DNA of 63,989 nt, filler included, from Cercozoa sp. M6MM (Eukaryota; Protista; Endomyxa: Ascetosporea), in NCBI GenBank assembly GCA_040357565.1. It is 8 parts of 8 records of this genome, joined end to end, with 100 filler letters (N's around TTAATTAATTAA, not from the genome) between each part and the next. Parts side by side here need not be neighbours in the genome. Positions count along the whole stretch, not along the records: positions 10,556 to 30,127 come from JBDODJ010000206.1; 7 more parts are not named here. One strand, given 5' to 3'. Position numbers and translations under genes: made by a program. Below are positions 13,601 through 24,678 of this stretch, one piece after another. Under the pieces are notes generated by a model. The model had not been told where the DNA came from, did not search any database, and worked only from the letters and a program-made list of their open reading frames with translations. Each line of letters starts with the position of its first letter. Position 1 is the stretch's first letter.

Positions 13601-14992
13601 CGTGATCGACGGCGATGCGGAGGCGTGTGAAGGCTCAATGTAGCTGCCCCAAATACGTCGTGCAAAGAGCTGCGATTCAAGGTGCCGCTTCGCTGTTCCA
13701 ATAGCGCTCGATGGGAAAGCACACTCGCGTGTTCGATCGTCGTTGCTGAGATGGATGAGGCGCAAGGCCAAACCAACCAAGAGTGCGCTCGACTCGATCG
13801 AGAACTGTGTTTCTTTCGACAAAAGCTCGCTGATGCGGAACGTCGCTTGAGCACAAAGCTCTTTCGTTGTGTTGCTCTCGCGGAGCAAGGTTTCGTCAAT
13901 CTTCGACAATACTTCGTCCACCAGACACACGGCAAACGCCAGTAGAAACGGCTCTTTCGTTCGGCACACAAGCTGCAGCACAACTGACAGCATTTCCTGC
14001 ACACTCACGGCGCACTGGCTGTCAGCTTCTTGCTGCTGCTTTGCGTTGTAGATTTGTGTTTCGGCAGTGACAAAGCTGTGCTGCAGACACTGCGTCAGCG
14101 TTTGACAGGCCAAGCAGGCAACTGACAAAAGTAAGTTAGTGTTAAGCCGCTAAGTTGCACTGCAGGAAGCTGTACGGATTTTCAGTAAAATGTACCTTCT
14201 CGCTCAACGGCACCTCTCATTCTCAACAGCGCGCATAAAGCGTTGAAACAACCTCGATGCGAGAGAACGCAGGACAACGACAACTGTAAATATAAACGAT
14301 CGGATACAACTCACAGAGAGATGATGTTGAAACAGGCGAATTACCATTGGAGCGAAGCTTTCGAGCAACAGTAGCAGACCGGCACGCAGTTGCTCCGCTG
14401 AGCGACTTTGCAGCAACGACGCCAACTTCTCAAGTTCAATCTCCTCTTGAGGCGAAACCGCTGTTTCAACGAACGTTACGAACACTCGACCACTCCGCAA
14501 GTACTCGTTTCCGTAGCTTTCGATCGCTCGGGCTTGAACACAAAGCTGCTCAATGCTGCGCGATACTTCTGGCCATGCGTTTCCGTCTTTGTTCAGTGCA
14601 TTTTCATAGTTTAACACCATGGAAGCGCAGTGACACGCAATCGGAGCATTGGCTTTAAACAGCTTTCGCAGCAGGACGGTGGCAGTCTCAAGCGACTGCG
14701 CCGCGTCTCGTTGGTGCATGGCAAAGTCACCGAGTGGCATACGAACAAGTCGCAAAATGCCGTTTGACTGAAAGTTAAAACAGTATCAAATTCGGAAGTC
14801 TACATTTACGATGGCAAGACAATTGTCACCTGGAACCAAAACCACATACTGTAGGAAAAGTACCACGTGTTCGGCGTCGCAACCAACAAGGGAGGAAGTG
14901 GCACCATTCGACAGAAAAGCCAGAAGCAAGCGGAAGCCAAGCCGACACGAGGCAGCGTCCTGCGACTGCAAGCACTCTATCGCACGTTCCAT
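10556..14992 (-). CDS. large Leu-rich alpha-helical (HEAT/ARM-like) hypothetical protein, 3' truncated
   Basis: Long ORFs 14786-14992, 14204-14755, 13502-14128, 12280-13545 and 11852-12256 can be joined by short GT-AG introns (e.g. a 43-nt intron near 13477-13519). Confidence 0.6.
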
Positions 14993-15518
14993 ACCCTAGC
15001 GGTTCTAATTAAACTTACTCAAGTGTTGATCTCCACAGCATTCGTGGCAGGGAAAACCTTATTTTCCCATCGACAGTTGGCAACCAAAAATACAAAAAAT
15101 TCTGGCCTGCCGACAGTTCAGAACTGACACAAACTCGACTACTTTTACATGTGATTTATTTACAGTCCTTGCGATTCAAACTCATTCAAGGGAGAACTGG
15201 GAGTCGAGTGCCGAGGCTTCGGGGGGGGGGGGGGTCAAAACCGCAATCGTGAGCGGTGTGAGAAATCGCCTTTCATACCTGTTCCTTTCGAGGCTTCCAA
15301 GTGCTGCTTCTTTGCCTTCATAGGGTGCAGTTTCGACACACCTTGACTCGGTACCAGAAGCCCTGATTTTTGTTCTGCCGATCGAGAGGCTCGACTGTGT
15401 CGTGATAGCACAGGTGAGCTTGTTGGACGGTTGAGTCGTGCTTTCTGCTGGTGCAATAAGTAGCGTCGCGTTATTTTGTCCTTGGCACACTCGCGACTCT
15501 ACATGTTTAGAACTTTAG

Positions 15519-17265
15519 TCAGTTATTCACCGAGAGCAAGCGGTCTAAATAGGGGATATTTACGATGGAAGTGCTAAATGAGTAGCAGGAGAAGTCATCA
15601 AAATGTGGGATGTGTGCTCCTGTTCGAGGGATGGTCAGTTGCAGTTTTTGGCGGCACTGCGCGTTGCGCACTTTGAACTCGCTCGATAGCCACGGATCAG
15701 TGTCCATGCTGTAGCTTTTCGACATCGCGAACTCGGCATGGCGCACAAAGTTTCCATCAGGCATGCGAGGTCGAATGTCAGATTCGTCGTACTCGTCGAA
15801 GTGCGTGGTATCAAAGTCGCTCTTGAGTTCTTTCATTGGGGAGAAAGGCGGCAGATGTGCAATCCGCTCGCCCCTGACTTTTGGCCTATCACCAAAAGGG
15901 ACGCCATAAGAAAGCCTGGCGATTAAATTGAGCTTGACCTTACCAGCGAATCTTTCGGAACCACGGGTGGCACCGAAGGTTTGAACACCCGGTCGCGTCA
16001 ATCGCACCGCCGCGTCGCCAGGAGTTCGGTTGCAGAAGGAGGCGAATTATATCTCGCGCTTGATCGGAGAAGTGCTCAGGAAACACCAGATGGCCGTCCA
16101 TCTGTGAGGACAATGCACCCCAATGATACGCACGAGCACACGGTGTATTAAAAAGGCGACTGTACAATGCTTGCGTACATATCTGGGAGAGCCATGTCTG
16201 GTTCGCCAAACGGAGTTTTGTTGCACAACATTTCATAGATTACAATTCCGAGCGCCCACCAATCCACCATCTACGCGTGTGCAGCATTCAGCCACGAAAG
16301 GTACCATACCAACTCAGACTTCTTACAATACCTGCCCGTATCCGGACTTCGTGATCATCTCCGGAGCGAAGTACTCTGGAGTACCCGAAACACTCTTGAG
16401 GTCCGACTCATTGCGTCCAATCGGCTGTGCGAAACCAAAGTCGGCCAAGCGAAGGTATCCAGCCTCGTCGATAAGGATGTTCTCAGGCTTGAGGTCTCGG
16501 TATACGTATCCGCGGAAGTGAACATGCTCGAGACATGTCACAAGCTGAGGAGACATCTCGTCAGTGAGGTTGGAAAGTTACGCACTTGAAAGAACATAGT
16601 ACTTGAGCAGCGTGGAGCAAGCACTCAGACTCTTGTAGCCCACCCGCGCCGTACCGTTGCATCCTAGCGTCACGACATCATTAGTCTTTTATCACTGTAC
16701 ACGTACTAGAAGTAAGTTAGGGATTCGAACCGTGTGAAAAGGTCGCCGCCTGGACAGTAGTTTTCAGCGAGAATAAGTTGCGAAGGTGTCTCCAGTAGTC
16801 CATATAGCTCAACAATGAACAAGCTCTTGAGGTGGATTAAAGCTCGGATTTCGTTGGATGTATGCTATTTTTGAAACATCATGAAGAAGTAAATTGTATG
16901 CTCTCTCTTCCATCGTGACACAGCGAAAGCGAGTAATCGCTTACACTTTCCAGGGCGGGGTCTCGCACCTTTGTTATGACTTTCAGGGCCATGGGCTCTT
17001 TGTTCGGGCCGTACTTACACAATCGAACCGACCCAAAGGAACCTTTTCCGATGACACGGATGCTCTCAAGCTGCTTTAGGTCGAGCACACGGAGAGATGT
17101 ATCGCTCAAAAGCCGCTCCAGATGTCGAAGAGGACTTTTTCGTGCGTGTCGAAGTACATCGCTGTCCCGACTGTACTCGAAAGGAATTGCATTTGCCGAC
17201 TTGCACACTCTTTGAGCTCGATCCTCGACATTCTCACCGAATTCGTCGTTGTCAGTCGTTGGCAT
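15519..17265 (-). CDS. AGC-group (PKA-like) Ser/Thr kinase (3' end approximate)
   Basis: [78 protein letters not shown]...DTTHFDEY. Confidence 0.92.
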
Positions 17266-17781
17266 TATAACTCAGCTTTCCGTTAGTAGTATTGCGTCAA
17301 AACATCCACCAGAATGCGGTGGGTTAAGCAAAGCAGAATCACGACTCAAAACTAAAAGACCCAGATGAAACTCTTCAGTCGGACCCCCAAGGAACATTTG
17401 TCCGTGCGGATACCACCCACGTCAGGAGAGGTGTATGACTCAAGCAAAGACCCCCCAGCCATGAAAGCAGTACATACAGCACATGCACCATTCGTTCATA
17501 ATCTGGTGTGTAGAGTCGACTTTACCGAGTCAAAAAGTCGAAAACGTTGTCGCCAGCCGAAGCAATTGTCAAAACGTGGTCCTAAATACACATGTGATCG
17601 ATAACTTACAGATGTGTACGCAAGGCGTACCTTATCGTCAGTGCGCATTTCGCGTAGATCCATGCGTGGATCCTCCCAGCTTACGATAATCCACAAAAAC
17701 TGCTCTCTTCAAGTTTTGAGTGAGCGACTTTCGGGCGACCTATGATCGGAGTTGGTGGTCAAACGAAGCATCCAAAACAAA

Positions 17782-19558
17782 ATGGGTGGCCAGAGAGTAC
17801 TGGTAAATTTACGCAGAGCTGCGCCAGAGTTCTGGAAGTACACAGCATTTTTTATTCGCCACTTAGAGAGAGTTTGCACTGACGATGTCGTCAGTCGCTT
17901 CACTTGCTTCAGTTTCGGTCCCAAACGAATCGATTTCTCGCTCGGTTTCGGTTTCTGTTTCTTTTCTTTTCTCTCACCACCACTCGAGGATCCATCGTAT
18001 AATTGTAGTTCCCAGACACGCCATCTAGTGTCTTAACCGGAGCTGCTGCGGTTGAGGTACTGTGTTCACTACGAGCACTTGGGTGGTTTTTTTTTTCACC
18101 ACCTCGACGCTGGTTGGGTGGGTAGGTCGCGAAGGAGCTGAACCTCCCAACACATGCAGTGAAACCGTTTGTACGTTTACTTTATATTGCCTTGTTGCTT
18201 GCTTCGCTTTTCGTTGGATTTTTTGTGCTGCACAGGGCGAAAGTGACGGTGTCCTCAGCGCCGTGTTCGTTGCGCAGTGGAGCGAGCACAAGCGTGTCTT
18301 TGTCAAGACGCCGCCAACTCACGACTTCTTGCATCTTCTCTGTCGCGAACAGCAACTTTTTAAGAGAGAAGCAGCGTGCCTGCGCCAATGTGCTGCCAAA
18401 GAAGCAGAGAAGTGCGCTACACTGTACGTTCCTCACTTGGTGCGCGAGTCGGCTTCTTGCCTGGCCATGCATCACCTGGGTGACCTTGGTTTCTCCAACG
18501 TTCCAGAACAGCGCACGAGAACAGTCCGAGGCAGTACCTTGCGCACGCCACTTTCGTTCGAGCACGCTCGACAAGCATTGACAGCTCTCGCGGAGTTCCA
18601 TGCGCTCTTTTTTGATGATGAATCTGGTACTGTCTATTAACTTCAAGACGCTCGACTGATGTTGCTGTTATTTGATCTTTTTAGTTCTGAGCGAGTTCGA
18701 CAAGTTGTTCAGCGAAGAAGCGCATCGCAACTTCATTATGAGTGCCTTCGATGACGGAGTGGCCGACTTGAAACGTCTGGTAGATTCACGCACTTTGCCA
18801 ACACTAAACTGGAGGGTACGTGTTGCGACTCTTAGGAACGGAAAGGTGTTGTTCAAGCCGACGTTGTTGCGTCTGTTGAGCAAATGCGCGGGCAGTTCGA
18901 CGAAGATAACGCGCACGTTCCGCGCACTTGCTTTTTGATTCATGGAGATCTGTAACACTTGACTTCTTTGTGTTCTCCTTTGTTGCATTGATGCGCAACA
19001 AAACCCCGAATATCCATTGTGTGAACTTAGTTGGTCGCCGAATCTCATGTGGCGAGCGAACCGAGTCGCGTTCGTCGATTTCCAGTGGACGAAACGCGGA
19101 GAGCCTCTCCACGATGTGTACTACCTGTTGTTCTCCGCAATGGAAACCGAAGCACGTCGATCGAACTTTGAGGCGCTGCTTGAACACTACGTTGCGCGCT
19201 TACTGTCACTGATCTCGATCGAAAAGCACAAGAAGGCACTGCAGTTTTTGCGTGGCTCAGAACAGCATGCTCGTGCAGGTATTACACCACAAATCTCAAT
19301 ATTGTAACATGATCATGATGGTAAACCGTTTTTGTTTGTTTTGACGCAGTGCGACAAACGACAGCGCAGCTGATTGCAGGCGGTTGTGATCTCTTCCTCT
19401 CTGTGGAGGGCGAGGTAGGGCACGAGGAACGAACTGGCTCAGAGCTTGAGTCGCGCTTCTTTGCGATGCTGCACGACCTTGGAAAGCTTGAGCAACGCTA
19501 CCGTCGCTACACATCCGATCTGCAGACGGACTCGGACGTCCGTTCCAGTAGTTGTTAA
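17782..19558 (+). CDS. ecdysteroid-kinase-like / choline-kinase-like (APH-fold) phosphotransferase
   Basis: VFVKTPP, LFKREAA, QALTALAEFHA, LIHGDLWSPNLMW (spliced), VAFVDFQW...GEPLHDVYYLL. Confidence 0.8.
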
Positions 19559-19712
19559 CGGAAATATTAATCCGATCGTGAATGCGACGGTTGACGACAG
19601 GAGTCGGCGAGTTATCAATACTGTGTGTACACCGTGAATGGAGGTCCGGTTGAGCCAGCTCGTGACTAAGGCTTACGAAGCGTTCAGTTCAGTCGCGTCG
19701 CAGCGGTGCGGT

Positions 19713-19788
19713 CTTGTGCAAACACGGACTGGTGCAGGGGAACTACATAGTTGGTTTCCTAGAAGACTCAACTAACTTGTGCAAGCAC
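19713..19788 (+). mobile_element. 50-bp 5'-truncated LINE 3' end (19726-19775) with 13-bp target-site duplication
   Basis: TGCAGGGGAACTACATAGTTGGTTTCCTAGAAGACTCAACTAAC matches the reverse complement of about 46560-46603 with 1 mismatch. Flanks are CTTGTGCAAACAC and CTTGTGCAAGCAC. Confidence 0.8.
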
Positions 19789-20015
19789 TCAAAATTTTAG
19801 TTCAGTTAGTTCATTGAGATGTCATGGGGGGGGGGGCAAGCTGTTGTCTCTGTCGCGTTCGTGCGCAGAAAGGTCCTATTATACATTGGGGTGTCAGTGT
19901 TGCTCGAAGTTGTCTCGCGTCGTCTCAGTCGAGAGCACTCCGGGCAATTGTGCAAAGGGCAAAGTGGAAATCAAAGAGGTGGTTGTGGCATTGTGAGTGT
20001 GTCAGTGTCTGTGTG

Positions 20016-23000
20016 CTATGTCTCGCCACTGTGAAGAAACTTGAGCATCCGTGCGAACTGCTTGGACGCTTGGTCGGTGTTTTGGACCTCCCTGCAGCGC
20101 ACACGAAAAGATGAGAGAGTTATGGAATCGAAATCAGTCACGGAAGTAGATCAGCTTACTTGACTCGGTCACCGCGCACAATGATTTCATGGCCACCCAG
20201 TCGCACCAAAAGTGACTGTGCGAACACTCCTTGACGATGCAAGTGACATAGACTGATTAGGTAAAGGTACTAGTGCATGTTCTTGCAACTGCTGCAACTT
20301 GATATCTTCCTGCGCGGGTGTCTGAGAAAATACAGCAACATATTGAACTGAGGAGTGAAAATAACTCGAGGCTAGAACTCACTGGAGTCTCGGCGAGTCC
20401 GCGCGGAGTTGCCAGTCCTCGCGTACTGAGACGCGGAGTGCCACGCGGCGTCGATCGAGGTGTCGAAAGAGGTGACACGTTCTGCAGTGGGACAAAGGAG
20501 ATACACTGACAGGACAGGGCACCAAGACACGTGTGGGGCAGTACCGAAGGTGCCCTCTGTCGCTGCGAGAGATTGACGATGTTGCGCGCCACCAACGCCG
20601 CTGTTTCATGTGCCATTTGTACCGTGCGCTCGTGCTGCACCTCAGCGCAGTCACCTTTTCATATCACACACAAAGCTATCTCCATCTCTATATCTATCAT
20701 CTGTATAATATGTATAAATTTAGTATATATCTATATATAAGTATAGATAGATACCAGCCACAAAGACACGTCCACCATTGGCGACGCCTTGTTTGCCGTC
20801 GCTGTACTCGGGCACGTAGGAGAGCTGCATGGCGCCGTTGACAAAGCAGTGGCCACCACGAGTGACACACGAGGCGAATTCGGGCAGCATGAACTGCGTG
20901 TTGGGCACTGGACCGGCGCACCAGTAGGTCTTGTCGGCCCTATTAGTTCGCACTGTAAACTATTCCTATGTTTCACAAGTATCGAGGCCTACCGAATGAG
21001 ACGTCCGTCGGAGCAGGCAAAAGCGTCGGAACGTGCGTCGAAGTGAGTGACACGACGTGCCAGTTGCACCTCCACGCCGAGTTCTTTCACTGCTCCAAGG
21101 GATCAGTCATCTTCAAAACTAGAGTGGTCACACGAGCAGTACCGAGACGGCGGTGCAACAGATCGTGTGCACCCGGAACGCGTGCCAACAATCGACGGTT
21201 ACTGCACACGATCGTGACTTGTTTGTCCGGGTGCTCGACTTTGATCTCGGCAGCCAACGTACAAGCCACCAGTCCACCTCCAACAAGCTACACATGACGA
21301 CAATAAAGCGAGGGTAGGCCAACTCTAAGAATACAGGAATACCAAAACACTCTCAGCTTCGGCAAGTTCGACATTCTCGGCGCGCATCTGCTTGGCTCGG
21401 TAGGCACGTGTCACGTTCTGTGGCTTCAGTGTCGACGGGTAATGTGCACCTACCCATACGCACATATACACATATACCCCCCTCCCCCCGACTTCGGTCA
21501 GAAAGAGTTAACCCACCGGAGGCAACAACGAGGTAGTCGTACTGCACTTTGCGAAAGCCAACGACGACATAGTGTTGTCGCACGACACGCACATCGCCCA
21601 CCAGTACTAGGAAAGCAGAGAGAGTACCAGATGTAGAAAGTACTGTACAAGAGGAAGTGTACCGTCGGCCAGAGGCAAGTAGCCAGAGCGGTTGAGTTTG
21701 TCGACGCCGAGGTAGTCCTCATGGTCGACGCAGACCTTCTCGGCGAACTTGTCGGGATGCACCATGCTGCGCGAGATCCACGGCGTGAACTCAAAGTATT
21801 GTTTCGAATCAATCAGCGTGACTCGGAAGCGACGCGCGCGATCGGCCAGCAGCAGCTTGGCCACTGTGGAACCGGCCACACCACCGCCCACGATGACCAC
21901 GCGCACCTTGTTCTCCGGATCCGGCTGTCTCGCCATGCTCATGCTGCCTCTGTTAGAATAGTAGGGGGGTATAGAATAGGAGAGGGTACAGAATGGTAGG
22001 GGAGCACAGAATAGTAGGGGGTATAGAATAGTAGGGGGTGAAGGAAAGTAGGGAGGTCAAGAAAGCCTACAGCGACGGCGTCACTGGAGTCGCGCAGCCT
22101 GCTTGCGTGCGTTCGTTAAAGTCGCGCACAAAGTTTCGCAGGAAGTTCTGCTCCAACCTGGGGGGAGGGGGTAAAGAAGGGGAAACTATCAACAGAGACA
22201 AAAAGTACAGCTTCTCGACTTCCTCCATCGCCTTGTCAAAGATACGACGCGTCTCTTGCAGACTCGCCTGTCAATGTACAGTCAAGCTAAGTTGCTAACT
22301 GTACCAGAGAAACAGCAGACAAGAAAATATTCAACAGTACCTGAGTCACAGGAGCCTGCGTGTTGCAAATTCGCTCGTGCTCGCGCAGAATGGCGTCGCG
22401 AGTCGACGAGGACAGATTGAGCGACATCGGGGCCTACTCGCGCATAAAAAAGCAGTGTGATCTCTAACTGTGATAAGCATATGGTAGCAGTAACAAAAGG
22501 GTACAGTCGGAAGCAAGTACTCGCGCATCAAAAAAGCAGTCAAACGACGCGTGTGCGCAGGCTCATGGATCGCGTAGAGCTGACTCGCATCGCGCACGAA
22601 TGTGCTATCAACAGACAGTCAAGAACACAAAAACACATGAGTCAGTTTTGTTGACAGCAAATACTAATGTTACATGTTCTCTTCGGCAAGTTGCATGGCC
22701 ACGAAGAGTTCGAACTCGCGCGACAGCAACGGATCGCGCAGCACCTCTCGCAGGGTCACTACACTCGAGGAAAATACAGCCAGGAAAAACAAGAATTAAA
22801 CCATTCAAGTTTCTTTCAGTTTCAGTTTGAGATTCCGACTCATCGGTACCGCTCTCTGGGTCCAGCACTGGTGGCTACAACAGGAAAACACGCGTTCTGA
22901 TTGATAGATGAGTACGGACTCGTTCTTTTACAAGATAAGTTGGGTACCGTGCAGTCCATCGGCGGTGGTGTGCGACGACGTGCCGCTCGGACAGCCTGCA

Positions 23001-23813
23001 AGAGAGTTGCATTTTTTTAAAGATAAGTTGGTGTGTAGTTTTCTCCCTCTGCTGTTTCACCAACTCAAACAACATTAAATGAAAAATGGTACCGAGCCAA
23101 TGGAACGCAAGAAGCGATTGCGCCATTTCATCTTTTTCACTTCTTGTTCGGGATCCTACCACACAAGGGTAGCAAGATTATGTCTGGAGCAGAAGTGGGT
23201 CAAGTGAAGTTAAGGCACCTCGTCATCCCCATAGTCCGAGCCACCGAACGAGCAGATCGAGCCGCCGCTCTGCAGCAAAGTGACCATTGAACACAGGGAA
23301 AGCTGTACAGGGCTAGGGAGCACCATACCATGACACTCCGGACCTCATCGCTTTCGTAAAAAGCAAACGTCGCACCCGGGAGTGGCGTTACGGTCGAGCT
23401 CGTGCACGCCGAGGAATCGCCCTTGCTAGTCTATGCGGCACCCAAAACAAACACTTTTTGAAAAACTCCAACAAAGAATTCAAGTTGATCCAGAATTCCC
23501 CGTTTCAAGTGCTGCAAAATGGAGTTGGTACCGGCTGTTGAGGCTCCAGCATCGCTCTCGAGGTGTCAATCCGCAAGTTGAGACGGTTTCGCTTAGCTGG
23601 CGAGGACGACTCGTCAACAACATGAGCATCCGTGTCGGTTGATCCGACGACTTGGCCGTGCTCCTGACGGACAGGGCCCAGGACGGTGGCATCCGGAGAC
23701 ACCGTGTTGCAGTCAAGCAGAACCGTATCCAGAGGCAGCTGGACAGTCTCCTGTGTCGTTACCGAATCCACAGGAGGCGTCTCCTCTTGTTGCGAGCTGC
23801 AGCAGACGCCCAT
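20016..23813 (-). CDS. N-acylated RGS-domain / AIFM2(FSP1)-like FAD-NAD(P)H oxidoreductase fusion protein
   Basis: Starts MGVCCS. RGS region: TLREVLRDPLLSREFELFVAMQLAEENITFVRD...MREYLLPTAPMSLNLSSSTRDAI...IFDKAMEEVEKLLEQNFLRNF. Oxidoreductase region: VVIVGGGVAG, VTLIDSKQYFEFTP, YDYLVVASG, VVGGGLVACTLAAEI, YWCAGPVPNT, VFVAGD. Intron phases are consistent from the start codon into the oxidoreductase. Confidence 0.82.
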
Positions 23814-24678
23814 GACTCAAGCCCGAAGCAAGCGCTGCAAAGGTCTACCGAGGAAGCGCTAACCAAGACAGCAGAACTTCCTTCCCAAAAAAACGAGAAA
23901 CGTACCTCTGCAATAGTGGATGGACTGCGTGGGGTCGTTTTGCCCTTTGAAAGCGATTGGCTTTTCTTTCAACTGCTTAGCGAGCACCTAACTTTCCGAG
24001 CCGACAACGCTTGGGTCTTGATCCAACCGAACGAAAACGCAAAAGCAATCTCTCGTCCACTCTCCGAAGACAGCACCAACACTCAAACACGCGCAAGGAG
24101 CACGCGACTCGCAGCGCGATGCAACTGCAACTTAGCACTCACAAAACACGACACTGCGCAGCGCAGAACAATGCCAACACCGTCCGATGATCTCGGCGGA
24201 GCAAAGTAGTCTCCGTACCACTGATACGCAATCGAGCGTTTAGAGCATTTTGAGCTTTTTCACAGCATTGCCGGCCACGACAAGTGTCGTTCGCACTATC
24301 GTAACTGCCGATCTCTGCCTACTGAAGGCCGCACAGACAGCCAAATGCTCACACATGGTTTCGACGGTGTGCTGGCTAGTGGTCACAGAAAAATCGCCGC
24401 ACGGAATAGTGATCACAGTGTTTGGCTTAACCGATCAACTGACTATCTCACGCCAGCGCTTGCAAGGAGTGCAGGAATCCAATCCGGACCCTGTCTTCGC
24501 TGGTTCAGCCGCTAGATCGATCAGCACCCCACAGAAACCGGTCAAAAACTGTCCCAGCGGAGAAGAAGATCAGCAGTCAGGGACTGCGCGAGAACTCAGC
24601 CAAAAAATTAAGTTTAATTGCCATCGCCTTCGCTCGAGGAATTAGTGCCCGCATTGTGTGCACTGGTGTGTGTGGTCA

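Noticed and set aside
16865-16944. In-frame TAG just before HTSNE in the kinase, suggesting UAG reassignment
   Set aside because: A GTAAGC...AAATAG intron removes it in phase (ALES-HTSNE), and TAG ends other gene models (6312, 20016, 38071).
18780-18835. Possible 20-nt micro-intron in the EcKL gene
   Set aside because: A 56-nt GT-AG intron with a CTAAAC branch-like motif explains the frame equally well.
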